Part shown: positions 23,140-32,443 of the stretch, piece after piece
How the letters are laid out: every line of letters begins with the position of its first letter
Position numbering within the stretch: the first letter of the stretch is position 1
From: Caulobacter sp. 32-67-35
GTDB taxonomy: Bacteria > Pseudomonadota > Alphaproteobacteria > Caulobacterales > Caulobacteraceae
Length of the DNA: 64,000 nt
Reading direction: 5' to 3'
Assembly: GCA_002280875.1 (NCBI GenBank)
Contig: NCEV01000023.1
Span: 8,920 to 72,919, forward strand
Translations under genes and position numbers: made by a program
Notes under the pieces: model-generated
Database searches by the model: none
What the model was told of the DNA's origin: nothing
What the model saw: the letters and a program-made list of their open reading frames with translations, nothing else

Positions 23140-24297
23140 CTAGCCGCCTAGGCCGAGAAGGATGATCGCCGCCAGGAACAGGGCCAGGGCGATGGCGCAG
23201 AAAATCAGCAGCAGTAAAGTGCGCCACGCAGCCGAAAACGTGGAAAGGCCATAAGCCCCCTTCAGTTGGGCAAACATGTGAACGGGCGGTGCGATCAGGG
23301 CGATCAGGGCCACGATGCTGCTCAACCACGAGATCTGGCCCAGAAAACTCAGCGCCATGCTCATCATCGCCATGAAGGTCAGCGAATACAGCACGAATAC
23401 GCCGTGATCATACAGCGTGAAGCCGCGCTTCCAAAGGAACAGCAGCGCCACGAAAGGTATGGAAAGGGGCACAAGCAGGAACGAGAACTTGTAGAGTGTT
23501 TGCTGGATTTTGTAGAGCGCCAGATCGGGATTGGAGAGTTTCTTCAGGACCTTCTTGTTGATCCCGTCGCCACCCATATTGACCTTGACCCTGTCGTTCG
23601 CCACGGCGTCGTGCACGTCGGCCTGCCAGCTGCCCGGTTCCAGACCGTCCGCCCGGGGGCCGGCCGCCTTGACGCCTTCCAGGCGGGTGACGAGATTGCT
23701 GGCGTCGGCCAGGTCGTCGACGGCGTCATCGAAGTTCGACTTCGCCTTGTCCAGCTCCGCCTTGGCGGCTTCGGCCTGGGGTGGCTTGGCGGTCGCAACG
23801 TTACGCTCCGCGACGGCGAGGTCTGTCTTGGCCTGGGCCACCTCCTGATGCCTGTCCGTGACGGTCTCACGCGCCACGTCCAGGCGCGTGTTGACGGCGC
23901 CGGTTTCGAAGGCCTTGCCGCCGCCGAAGCTGAGGATGAAGAACATCAGGAAGATGGTGAACAGGAACAGGCCCAGGGGCGACACATAGCGCGACCGCTT
24001 GCCTTCCACCCATTCACGCGTCAGGCGGCCCGGGTTGAGCACCAGCAAGGGCACGGTGCGCCAGATCCGCCCGTCGAAGTGCATCACGCCATGCAGCAGT
24101 TCCTCGCCCAGGTGCAGCAGCGAGCGGTGCACATGGGTGGGCTGGCCGCAATGGGCGCAGAAATTGCCGCTGACCGGCTGGCTGCAATCGGTGCAGGCGC
24201 CGGAATGGGCCTCGCCCGCCTTGCCCTCGGGCTTTTCCAGCGCGCTGCCAATCAGGCCGCCGGTGACTGCCCCGCCGGCTGCATCCATGTCCACCAT
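23140..24297 (-). CDS. DUF3667-like zinc-ribbon membrane protein
   Basis: CTDCSQPVSGNFCAHCGQPTHVHR zinc ribbon, several TM helices and an inserted coiled-coil-like segment. Confidence 0.65.
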   Translation of the reverse strand: MVDMDAAGGAVTGGLIGSALEKPEGKAGEAHSGACTDCSQPVSGNFCAHCGQPTHVHRSLLHLGEELLHGVMHFDGRIWRTVPLLVLNPGRLTREWVEGKRSRYVSPLGLFLFTIFLMFFILSFGGGKAFETGAVNTRLDVARETVTDRHQEVAQAKTDLAVAERNVATAKPPQAEAAKAELDKAKSNFDDAVDDLADASNLVTRLEGVKAAGPRADGLEPGSWQADVHDAVANDRVKVNMGGDGINKKVLKKLSNPDLALYKIQQTLYKFSFLLVPLSIPFVALLFLWKRGFTLYDHGVFVLYSLTFMAMMSMALSFLGQISWLSSIVALIALIAPPVHMFAQLKGAYGLSTFSAAWRTLLLLIFCAIALALFLAAIILLGLGG

Positions 24298-24387
24298 CCG
24301 TCGCGCCCCGTTTGCCCGCGCCTCCTGTGCCTTGGCAGCGCGCGACCGTCAAAAGATTAGCTGCGCCTTGCACACGCGCCGATGGTT

Positions 24388-24900
24388 TTAGCGCCGCTCC
24401 AGCACCCGGAAGATGAAAGCGTAGTCATCGCCCTCGCCGGCGGGGTGTTCCTCGCGGCGGACTTCGGTCCAGGCGGCCTCGTCGAACGCGGGGAAGGTCA
24501 CATCGCCCTCGACCTCGGCGTCCACCTCGGTGAGATAGAGCCGCTTGGCCTTGGGCAGGGCCATATCGAACAGCGCCCGGCCGCCGATTATGCAGACCTC
24601 GTCCGCGCCGTCTTCCTGCGCCTGCTCGCGGGCCATCTGCACGGCCTCCAGAAAACTCTCGCAGACGACGGCGTTGGCGGGCTCGAAGCTGCCGTCGCGC
24701 GACAGCACCACGTTCATGCGACCGGGCAGGGGCTTGCGGGGCAGGCTGTCCCAGGTCTTGCGACCCATGATGATCGGCTTGCCCAGGGTGTTGGCCTTGA
24801 ACAGGGCCAGGTCCGACTTCAGCCGCCATGGCAGGTCGCCGTCGCGACCGATGACGCCATTGGAGGCGCGGGCGACAACGATGGAAAGGATCGGGATCAT
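24388..24900 (-). CDS. folA: Dihydrofolate reductase
   Basis: MIPILSIVVARASNGVIGRDGDLPW..., GKPIIMGRKTWDSLP, VCIIGGRALF. ATG verified at 24898-24900. Confidence 0.9.
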   Translation of the reverse strand: MIPILSIVVARASNGVIGRDGDLPWRLKSDLALFKANTLGKPIIMGRKTWDSLPRKPLPGRMNVVLSRDGSFEPANAVVCESFLEAVQMAREQAQEDGADEVCIIGGRALFDMALPKAKRLYLTEVDAEVEGDVTFPAFDEAAWTEVRREEHPAGEGDDYAFIFRVLERR

Positions 24901-24994
24901 GGCCCTGCTTAACCTTACCCCCTCAAGGACGCCAGCCAAGAGACCTTGCCAGTTATCTGAACGCCGTTAACTTGGCGTAACGGGAGACAGCAGC

Positions 24995-26017
24995 ATGACC
25001 CTATCGGCCTTCGAGATGCACATGGCCCGCACTGGCGGCGTCGAGGTTCTGCAGGGACGCTCCGTCGCGCTGGATCCCCCCGGCGCGGGCGAGGCGCGGG
25101 TGGCGATCGAGGCGGCCGGCGTGGCCTTCGCCGACATCGTCATGCGCACGGGGCTCTATCCCGGGGTCAAGGCGCCGGTGACGCCCGGCTATGACCTGAT
25201 CGGCCGGATCGAGGCTCTGGGACCGGGTGTCGAGGGATTCACTGTGGGCCAGCGCGTCGCCGCCCTGACCGTGACGGGCTCCTATGCCGACCGCCGCAAC
25301 GTGCAGGCGCGCTATCTGGTCGCCGCGCCCGAAGGCGTCGCCGCCGAGACCCTGGTGGCCGGGGTTCTGAACGGCCTGACGGCCTGGCAGATGTTTCACC
25401 GCGTGACCTCGGCCCAGGCGGGCGAGTGGGTTCTGGTGCATGGCGCGGCGGGCGGCGTCGGTGGATTGCTGCTGGACCTGGCGCGCCTGGCGGGCGTGCG
25501 GGCCATCGGCACAGCCTCGGCAGGCAAGCGCGCGGTGGTCGAGGCCAAAGGCGGGGTCCATGTCGACTATCGCAGCGAACCCGTCGCCGAACGGGCCCGC
25601 GCCCTCTCCGGCGGCGGCGTGGTCGCCGCTTTCGACCATGTGGGCGGGCCGCACCTCAAGAGCGCCTCGATCGCATCCCTGCGCGATGGCGGAACGGCGG
25701 TGCTCTATGGCGGCTATGACGCGACCCGGGGCGGCAAGATGCGACCCGGCGCGATGATCCGGATGATGATGGCCGACCGGCTTTCAGCGCTGAAGCTGTT
25801 CTCGGCCAGCCAGGGTGTGGTGGGCTACAACGTCACCTCATGGCGCGACGCGCGGCCGGCCGCCTATCGGCAGGATCTGGCGGCGGTGATGGCGATGATC
25901 GGCGAGGGTCAGCTCAAGCCGCAGATCGGCGCGACCTTCCCCCTGGCCGAGGCGGCCAAGGCCCAGGAACTGCTGCAGTCGGCCGGGGTGGCCGGGAAGA
26001 TCGTGCTGAAGCCTTAG
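24995..26017 (+). CDS. MDR-family NAD(P)H quinone oxidoreductase / zinc-type dehydrogenase-like protein
   Basis: 340 aa. Nucleotide fold VLVHGAAGGVGG. C-terminal GKIVLKP. Confidence 0.85.
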   Translation: MTLSAFEMHMARTGGVEVLQGRSVALDPPGAGEARVAIEAAGVAFADIVMRTGLYPGVKAPVTPGYDLIGRIEALGPGVEGFTVGQRVAALTVTGSYADRRNVQARYLVAAPEGVAAETLVAGVLNGLTAWQMFHRVTSAQAGEWVLVHGAAGGVGGLLLDLARLAGVRAIGTASAGKRAVVEAKGGVHVDYRSEPVAERARALSGGGVVAAFDHVGGPHLKSASIASLRDGGTAVLYGGYDATRGGKMRPGAMIRMMMADRLSALKLFSASQGVVGYNVTSWRDARPAAYRQDLAAVMAMIGEGQLKPQIGATFPLAEAAKAQELLQSAGVAGKIVLKP

Positions 26018-26021
26018 GTGG

Positions 26022-26648
26022 CTACTTACCCATTCCGTCCCATGCCGCCATACGTCGCATCCATTCAACCATGGGCAGGCGGTCGATATCACGTCTGGAG
26101 TAGCCGCGAGCGACAAGGACGTCGTCCGTTTCCGAGATGAAATCGATGAACCGGCCCCAGATGAAGGATGGGCCTTCGGCGTCGAGTTCACACGCGGTGT
26201 TCAACCAGTTGCGGACAATGGTCAGAGCTTCGGCTGGGTCATCGCCGTGAGCCTCTATGTCGGAGTTTGAGAGATCCGAGATCGCCGCCTGGTAGCGGTA
26301 GCGCTCAGTCTCAAGGATCAAGCATCTCTTCTCCGACCATTGGCGGCCCTTAAACCGCTTGCAGCCGATGTCCAAGCCCAGTTCAAGGGGCATGTTCAGC
26401 CTGAACAACTCCCCGGCCCGTTCAGCGCGGATACGGGAAAGGTCGTGGATGCCGAACTTCGAGGCTTCAATCAGCTCGATGATCTTCTCGATGCGCGGTT
26501 CGGCTCCATCGAGTCGTTCGACCGCGATACGCGGCTCCAGACCCAAGTAGTAAATGCAGAATAGAATAGCTCTGAGCAGCGGCTGGTAGGCATCATCAAA
26601 AGGGCAGTTGATGAAGACGCTACGGTCGAACGCCATGGGATGGCTCAA
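26022..26648 (-). CDS. Hypothetical protein with a TIR / nucleoside-2-deoxyribosyltransferase-like N-terminal module (function unknown)
   Basis: VFINCPFDDAY..., SKFGIHDLS and FRLNMPLELGLDIG form a beta-alpha-beta pattern with Glu in an ELG context. TTG start at 26648 overlaps the upstream stop, or ATG at 26636. Lower GC than the flanks. Fold assignment is by eye only. Confidence 0.55.
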   Translation of the reverse strand: MSHPMAFDRSVFINCPFDDAYQPLLRAILFCIYYLGLEPRIAVERLDGAEPRIEKIIELIEASKFGIHDLSRIRAERAGELFRLNMPLELGLDIGCKRFKGRQWSEKRCLILETERYRYQAAISDLSNSDIEAHGDDPAEALTIVRNWLNTACELDAEGPSFIWGRFIDFISETDDVLVARGYSRRDIDRLPMVEWMRRMAAWDGMGK

Positions 26649-26869
26649 CCCTTTGGCGAAAAGGGATCGTTGCCGTAGCTGTTTCGCGAGCGGATGGTGC
26701 CGTCCGCGCGGTGGATGTAGAGTTCGGCGCCTTCCTTTTCAGCAAGCGCCTTTCCATGTTTGATCGCCGCCTCCTGGGTAGGAAACGTCTTTGAAGCGCG
26801 AGCTGCTCCTGTGGCTCGGACGCTCCAGCCACCGCGGATAGACGGGACAACATGTTGTCCTTTGGACAT
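26645..26869 (-). CDS. DUF2188 family protein
   Basis: 74 aa, HVVPSIRGGWSVRATGAARASKTFPTQEAAIKHGKALAEKEGAELYIHRADGTIRSRNSYGNDPFSPKG, matches my recollection of the DUF2188 pattern. Strong AAGGAG RBS. Confidence 0.7.
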   Translation of the reverse strand: MSKGQHVVPSIRGGWSVRATGAARASKTFPTQEAAIKHGKALAEKEGAELYIHRADGTIRSRNSYGNDPFSPKG

Positions 26870-26910
26870 CGGACTCTCCTTGGTAGATGCCCAATATAGC
26901 GCGGCCGACC

Positions 26911-27750
26911 CTAGACCGAAACCTCGGCCTTGATATGCGGGTGGGCTTCGTAGCCTTCCAGCGTGAAGTCCGCATACTCGAACCCGAACAGGTCGCGCTT
27001 GTCGGCGATGGTCAGGGTGGGGAAGGGGAAGGGCTCGCGGGTCAGCTGCTCGCGGGCCTGGTCCAGGTGGTTCAGATAGAGGTGCGCGTCGCCGAAGGTG
27101 TGGACGAACTCGCCGGGCTCCAGTCCCACCACCTTGGCGACCATCAGGGTCAGCAGGGCGTAACTGGCGATGTTGAACGGCACGCCCAGGAAGACGTCAG
27201 CGCTGCGCTGATAGAGCTGGCAGGAGAGCTTGCCGTCAGCCACGAAGAACTGGAACAGGCAGTGACAGGGCGGCAGGGCCATGTCCTCGACATCGGCCGG
27301 GTTCCAGGCGCTGACGATGTGGCGGCGGCTGTTGGGATTGGTCTTCAGGCCCTCGATCAGGTTCTGGATCTGGTCGATCGAACCCCCGTTCGGCGTCGCC
27401 CACGAGCGCCACTGCTTGCCATAGACGGGACCCAGATCGCCGTTCTCGTCGGCCCACTCGTCCCAGATGCGCACGCCGTTTTCCTTGAGCCAGGCAATGT
27501 TGGTGTCGCCCTTCAGGAACCACAGCAGCTCGATGAAGATCGAGCGCAGGTGCAGCTTCTTGGTGGTCAGGACCGGGAAGCCCTTGGACAGGTCAAAGCG
27601 GATCTGGCGGCCGAACACGCCCAGCGTGCCGGTGCCCGTGCGGTCGCCGCGCTGGACGCCGTTGTCGAGGATGTCCTGAAGGAGCTCAAGATACTGCCAC
27701 TCAGGATGGCTAGTATCGGCGCGGGCTTTGTGGAGGGTGTGAAAGTTCAT
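26911..27750 (-). CDS. thyA: Thymidylate synthase (ThyA type)
   Basis: [24 protein letters not shown] (catalytic Cys), NIASYALLT. Start taken at the ATG 27748-27750. Confidence 0.9.
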   Translation of the reverse strand: MNFHTLHKARADTSHPEWQYLELLQDILDNGVQRGDRTGTGTLGVFGRQIRFDLSKGFPVLTTKKLHLRSIFIELLWFLKGDTNIAWLKENGVRIWDEWADENGDLGPVYGKQWRSWATPNGGSIDQIQNLIEGLKTNPNSRRHIVSAWNPADVEDMALPPCHCLFQFFVADGKLSCQLYQRSADVFLGVPFNIASYALLTLMVAKVVGLEPGEFVHTFGDAHLYLNHLDQAREQLTREPFPFPTLTIADKRDLFGFEYADFTLEGYEAHPHIKAEVSV

Positions 27751-27875
27751 GATGCACCGGCCTGTTTGACCTGTGCGGTTTGCAACGCCTCGCGTCCGCG
27801 CGCGACGGTGCACTCAGTTCAGTACACCACGCTTAACGAGTACGAGCCGTGCGCTCACCGCATATAAACAGAGCC

Positions 27876-27926
27876 TGTGAATAACATCTGATTGTGAACA
27901 GAGTTACCCACAGGGCCTGTGGATCG
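27876..27926. promoter_or_regulatory. Cluster of four DnaA-box-like 9-mers upstream of thyA
   Basis: TTATTCACA (minus, 27876-27884; 9/9 to TTATNCACA). CTGTTCACA (minus, 27893-27901). TTACCCACA (plus, 27904-27912). CGATCCACA (minus, 27918-27926; 8/9 to the Caulobacter TGATCCACA). Three GANTC sites follow at 27941, 27961 and 27991. Confidence 0.35.
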
Positions 27927-28019
27927 GCAAACTCTGATGCGATTCGAAATCGCTCCACCCGATTCGAGAGCGCCAAGCAAAAAGATACTGGAGTCCTCTG
28001 GTCTAGCTCCGTCTGAGCT

Positions 28020-28574
28020 TCACCCCGCGAAGCCGCCCTCATCCAGGAACGCCTGCTCCTCCGGCGTGGTCTCGCGGCCCAGCACGGCGTTGCGATGGGG
28101 GAAGCGGCCGAAGCGGGCGATGATATCGCGATGCTCCACCGCCCACTTGATGGTGTCCTCATCGCCGCTGTCGGCCTGCAGGGTGGCGCACAGCTCGACG
28201 CAGAATTCCTGGTCGGCCAGGGATTCGGAATGCTCGAAGGGCAGGTAGAAGAAGGGCCGCAGCTGAGGCTCGGTTGCCTGGTCATGGCCAGCGGCCAGCG
28301 CGGCGCGGGCGAACATCCGGGCCAGGGGATCGGTGGCGAAGGCGTGGGCGGTGCCGCGATACAGATTGCGCGGGAACTGATCCAGCAGGATCAGCAGCGC
28401 CAGCGCCCCCTCTGGCGTCTCCGCCCATTTGTCATAGCGGCGCTGGGCGGCGCGATAGTGGGTCTGCTCGAACTTCAGGGCGATCATCGAATCAAACCCC
28501 GCGTCCTTGGCGAACCATTTCCTCGGGCCGGCCGAACGCCAGAAGCCTACGATATCCATGGGGTGGGCGGTCAT
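28020..28574 (-). CDS. DUF924 family protein
   Basis: LLDQFPRNLYRG...AFATD and IIARFGRFPHRNAVLGRETTPEE motifs. Confidence 0.8.
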   Translation of the reverse strand: MTAHPMDIVGFWRSAGPRKWFAKDAGFDSMIALKFEQTHYRAAQRRYDKWAETPEGALALLILLDQFPRNLYRGTAHAFATDPLARMFARAALAAGHDQATEPQLRPFFYLPFEHSESLADQEFCVELCATLQADSGDEDTIKWAVEHRDIIARFGRFPHRNAVLGRETTPEEQAFLDEGGFAG

Positions 28575-28679
28575 GCGAAGCTCTGGCTTATCCGTTCAAA
28601 CGCGGTTCATCCGCGACGGCCGATGTTGGTTATCAAGGGACAAAGCCGGGGCCGCGCACAAGGCCTCTTGGAGCACGAA

Positions 28680-29615
28680 ATGAAGCGTCTGATCTCGACC
28701 GCCATGGCTCTGTCGCTATTGGGCGGCGCGGCGGCGGAAGCCGGGTCCGCTGCGGCGGTGGCTGCCCAGCGCGAGCAGCGCCAGGACGGCCCGCGCGGTG
28801 ATCGCGGCGGCGACCGGGGCGGCGGTGAGCGCGGCGGTGGCCGTCAGGGTGGCGAGCGCCAGGGCGGTTGGCAGGGCCAGCAGCCAGGCGGTCAGCAACA
28901 AGCCCAACCGCGTGGCGATCGCGGCGATCGTGGCGACCGCGGTGGCGGCCGGCCCGACTGGAGCGGTGGCGGCCGCGCTCGCCCTGCGCCCCAGGCGCCG
29001 GCGGCTGAGCAACCGGCCCAGGCTCCCCAGGCTCCCCAGGCCCAGCAGCCGGGCCGCCAGTCCGACTGGAACCGAGGTGGCCGCGGGCCTCGCCCGGATC
29101 GAGGTGGTCAGGAGCGGTGGCAGGGACGCGGCGATCAGGGGCGTCCCGATCAGAATCGGGGCGACCAAGGCCGTCCCAGTGGCGACCGCAACGACAATCG
29201 CGGCGGCCAGGACTGGAACCGTGGCGGTCAGGCCCGCAATGGCGGTTGGGACCGCGGACGCGACAACCGGGGCGGCTACGACCGCGGTCGGCCGGGGCCG
29301 GGCGGACAGTATCGCGACCGTGACCGGGGCCGTCCGCACTATGACCAGCGCCGCTATCGTCCCACCTTCAGGGCGTCCCAGCGCTATAGGGTCGGCGCCT
29401 ATCGCTATCCGCGCGGTTGGTATGTCCGCAGCTGGTCGTTCGGCGACTATCTGCCGGGCGGCTGGTACTCGACCTCGTACTATCTGGACTGGTTCCGCTA
29501 CGGCCTGCCGCAGCCGCCGATCGGCTGTGAATGGGTGCGGGTTGGCGACAACGCCATCCTGGTCGACGTGTGGTCCGGCCAGGTGCTGAGCGTCTATTAC
29601 GACCTGTTCTGGTAG
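28680..29615 (+). CDS. Secreted RcnB-family protein with a long Gly/Arg/Asp/Gln-rich low-complexity region
   Basis: Signal MKRLISTAMALSLLGGAAAEA. About 190 aa of GDRGG/QAPQ repeats. C-terminal GDYLPGGW...LPQPPIGCEWVRVGDNAILVDVWSGQVL RcnB-like domain. ATG verified at 28680. Confidence 0.7.
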   Translation: MKRLISTAMALSLLGGAAAEAGSAAAVAAQREQRQDGPRGDRGGDRGGGERGGGRQGGERQGGWQGQQPGGQQQAQPRGDRGDRGDRGGGRPDWSGGGRARPAPQAPAAEQPAQAPQAPQAQQPGRQSDWNRGGRGPRPDRGGQERWQGRGDQGRPDQNRGDQGRPSGDRNDNRGGQDWNRGGQARNGGWDRGRDNRGGYDRGRPGPGGQYRDRDRGRPHYDQRRYRPTFRASQRYRVGAYRYPRGWYVRSWSFGDYLPGGWYSTSYYLDWFRYGLPQPPIGCEWVRVGDNAILVDVWSGQVLSVYYDLFW

Positions 29616-29637
29616 GTTGCGGTCTCACCAGGAGTAA

Positions 29638-29666
29638 GCCCGGGCCAGATCGGTCCGGGCTTTTTT
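29638..29666 (+). terminator. Rho-independent terminator
   Basis: GCCCGGGCC / GGTCCGGGC stem followed by TTTTTT. Confidence 0.55.
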
Positions 29667-29725
29667 GCTAGCCAGGCGGGCGGTGGTCAGCCGAACCTCG
29701 GCCTTCCCAAGGTCTGATCGCAACC

Positions 29726-30157
29726 TTAGTCGACGGTCAGTAATCGTGTTCTGACGCCCAGTTCCAGGGCCGCGAGCGCCAGGCGTTTGTCCAGGGTCAC
29801 CAGCAGATGATCGGCCCTTCGGCAGGCGGCGGCGTGCAGGGCGTCGGGGGCGCGAAGCATCAGGTCAAAGCGACGGACGAAGACATTGGCCAGACGCACG
29901 TCGGAAGCTTGAAGATCCAGATCATGAGCGCTGGCGGCGCGCCAGGCGTCGAAGTCGCTTAGCCGACGACTGGCGTCATCCTGATCCAGCAGGCCAGTTC
30001 GCACCAACCGCGACAGGGCGGAGGCCACCTCAGCGGCGGCGAACTCGCTGATGATCAGGTCATCCTCAAGGTCGCCGATGAACCGGTCGACGACGGCGCT
30101 GGCGGCTTCCTGGATCAGGGTCGGCAGTATGACGCTGGCGTCGAGATAGACGCTCAA
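29726..30157 (-). CDS. vapC: PIN-domain toxin (VapC family)
   Basis: (M)SVYLDASVILP N-terminus with acidic PIN residues. TTG start overlaps the antitoxin stop (TTGA). Confidence 0.75.
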   Translation of the reverse strand: MSVYLDASVILPTLIQEAASAVVDRFIGDLEDDLIISEFAAAEVASALSRLVRTGLLDQDDASRRLSDFDAWRAASAHDLDLQASDVRLANVFVRRFDLMLRAPDALHAAACRRADHLLVTLDKRLALAALELGVRTRLLTVD

Positions 30158-30405
30158 GCGTCGGGGTCTTCGTAGAGCTGATTGAGCAGTTCCACCGAGC
30201 TCAAGCCGACGGGCTTGCGGGCCTGACGCCGCGCCTGAAGCCAGGCATAGGTCGCCGGCGGTGTTCCGCGCGAGGCCGGAGCGACGGGGCGCAATTCGGC
30301 GACGGGCTTCCCATGCCGAGAGATGATCACCTCTTCGCCCTCAAGGGCGCGGTCTATCAGCCGGGGAAGGCCGCTTTTTGCATCCGCTACGCTGTAGGTG
30401 CTCAT
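30154..30405 (-). CDS. Phd/YefM-type antitoxin
   Basis: MSTYSVADAKSGLPRLIDRALEGEEVIISRHGKPVAELRPV is a typical Phd/YefM N-terminus. GGAGG RBS. Confidence 0.75.
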   Translation of the reverse strand: MSTYSVADAKSGLPRLIDRALEGEEVIISRHGKPVAELRPVAPASRGTPPATYAWLQARRQARKPVGLSSVELLNQLYEDPDA

Positions 30406-30611
30406 GGGGGCCTCCAAGTATGACCATCACTATAGTCACAATTCTGCGGGTCGCAAGTTACACGCTCAAGCGTGGTCCCGTTGGGCGCCTGAAGCCGCTC
30501 TGAACCTTCAGCCGCGGAGCTTTGGAGGTCGTCGTCATGGGCAAACAACGCGCCAGGGTCTAAAACCTGTCCGCAGAGGCTTTTCCGTCACAGCGTTCTG
30601 CCGTCGCCGCC

Positions 30612-31725
<1,114 letters not shown>

Positions 31726-31761
31726 GATGCCTCTCCAAGGATCGTGTCAGAGCCCTCGGCC

Positions 31762-31782
31762 GCCCCCGGCCGGGGGCTTTTT
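31762..31782 (+). terminator. Rho-independent terminator after ilvC
   Basis: GCCCCC-GGCC-GGGGGC followed by TTTTT. Confidence 0.55.
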
Positions 31783-31859
31783 CATTTCAGGGTTGCGGTC
31801 CTCTAGCGACGACCGGAAAGTGCGCTCCGTCCCGCTTGAGGGATTGGGAGGATCATCCG

Positions 31860-32441
31860 ATGAAGCGCCTGTTTGCCGCCCTGACCGTTTGCGCCGCCGT
31901 AGGCTTTGCCGCCACGCCGAGCCTGGCCGCCGAAGTGGCCTACAAGCTGGATTCTTCCCACACCGAGGCGATGTTCATCATCGACCGCTTTGGCTTCAAC
32001 TCGGTGATCGGAATCTTTGGCGAGTCGGAGGGCACGATCTGGCTGGACGAGGCCGCGCCGGAAAAGTCGCGGGTCGAGGCCACCATTCAGGTGGGCAGCC
32101 TGCTGTCGGGCCACCCCACCCGTGACGAGCACCTGAAGGCCGAGCGCTGGCTGAACGTCGCCAAGAGCCCGACCATGAGCTTCAAGTCGACCAAGGTGGA
32201 AAAGACCGGCCCGGACACCGCCAAGGTGACCGGCGACATGACCATTCTGGGCGTGACCCTGCCCACGACCCTGGACGTCAAGCTCAACAAGATCGGCAAG
32301 GCGCCCAACAATCAAAAGCAGCAGGCCGGCTTCACCATCACCGGCGCGATCAGCCGCAAGGCCTTCGGAAGCGTTACGGGCGCGGGCATGATCGGCGACA
32401 GCGTCTCGATCCGCATCGAGGCCCTGGCGATCGCGCAGTAG
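31860..32441 (+). CDS. YceI family periplasmic protein
   Basis: Signal MKRLFAALTVCAAVGFAATPSLAA. YKLDSSHTEAMF and HLKAERWLNV YceI-like motifs. Confidence 0.8.
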   Translation: MKRLFAALTVCAAVGFAATPSLAAEVAYKLDSSHTEAMFIIDRFGFNSVIGIFGESEGTIWLDEAAPEKSRVEATIQVGSLLSGHPTRDEHLKAERWLNVAKSPTMSFKSTKVEKTGPDTAKVTGDMTILGVTLPTTLDVKLNKIGKAPNNQKQQAGFTITGAISRKAFGSVTGAGMIGDSVSIRIEALAIAQ

Positions 32442-32443
32442 CC

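Noticed and set aside
23266-24360. 364-aa ORF antisense to the DUF3667 gene
   Set aside because: No motif. The sense strand encodes a zinc ribbon plus TM helices with proper codon bias.
24966-24980. CtrA-box-like TTAAC-N6-TAAC upstream of the quinone oxidoreductase gene, and a TTAA half-site at 45577-45580 upstream of sspB
   Set aside because: Neither matches the full TTAA-N7-TTAAC consensus. Single half-sites are expected by chance.
26887-27867. 326-aa ORF antisense to thyA
   Set aside because: ThyA motifs on the other strand are unambiguous.
27876-27926. DnaA-box cluster as a replication origin
   Set aside because: No flanking AT-rich unwinding element, CtrA boxes or origin-linked genes (hemE/dnaA/dnaN context) are present. 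Its position upstream of thyA fits a regulatory or titration role better.
28095-28679. Long N-terminal extension of the 28095..29615 ORF (and the repeat-derived ORFs 28716..29339 and 28798..29589)
   Set aside because: The extension is antisense to the DUF924 gene. A proper signal peptide starts at the ATG at 28680. The other frames are by-products of the GC-rich low-complexity repeats.
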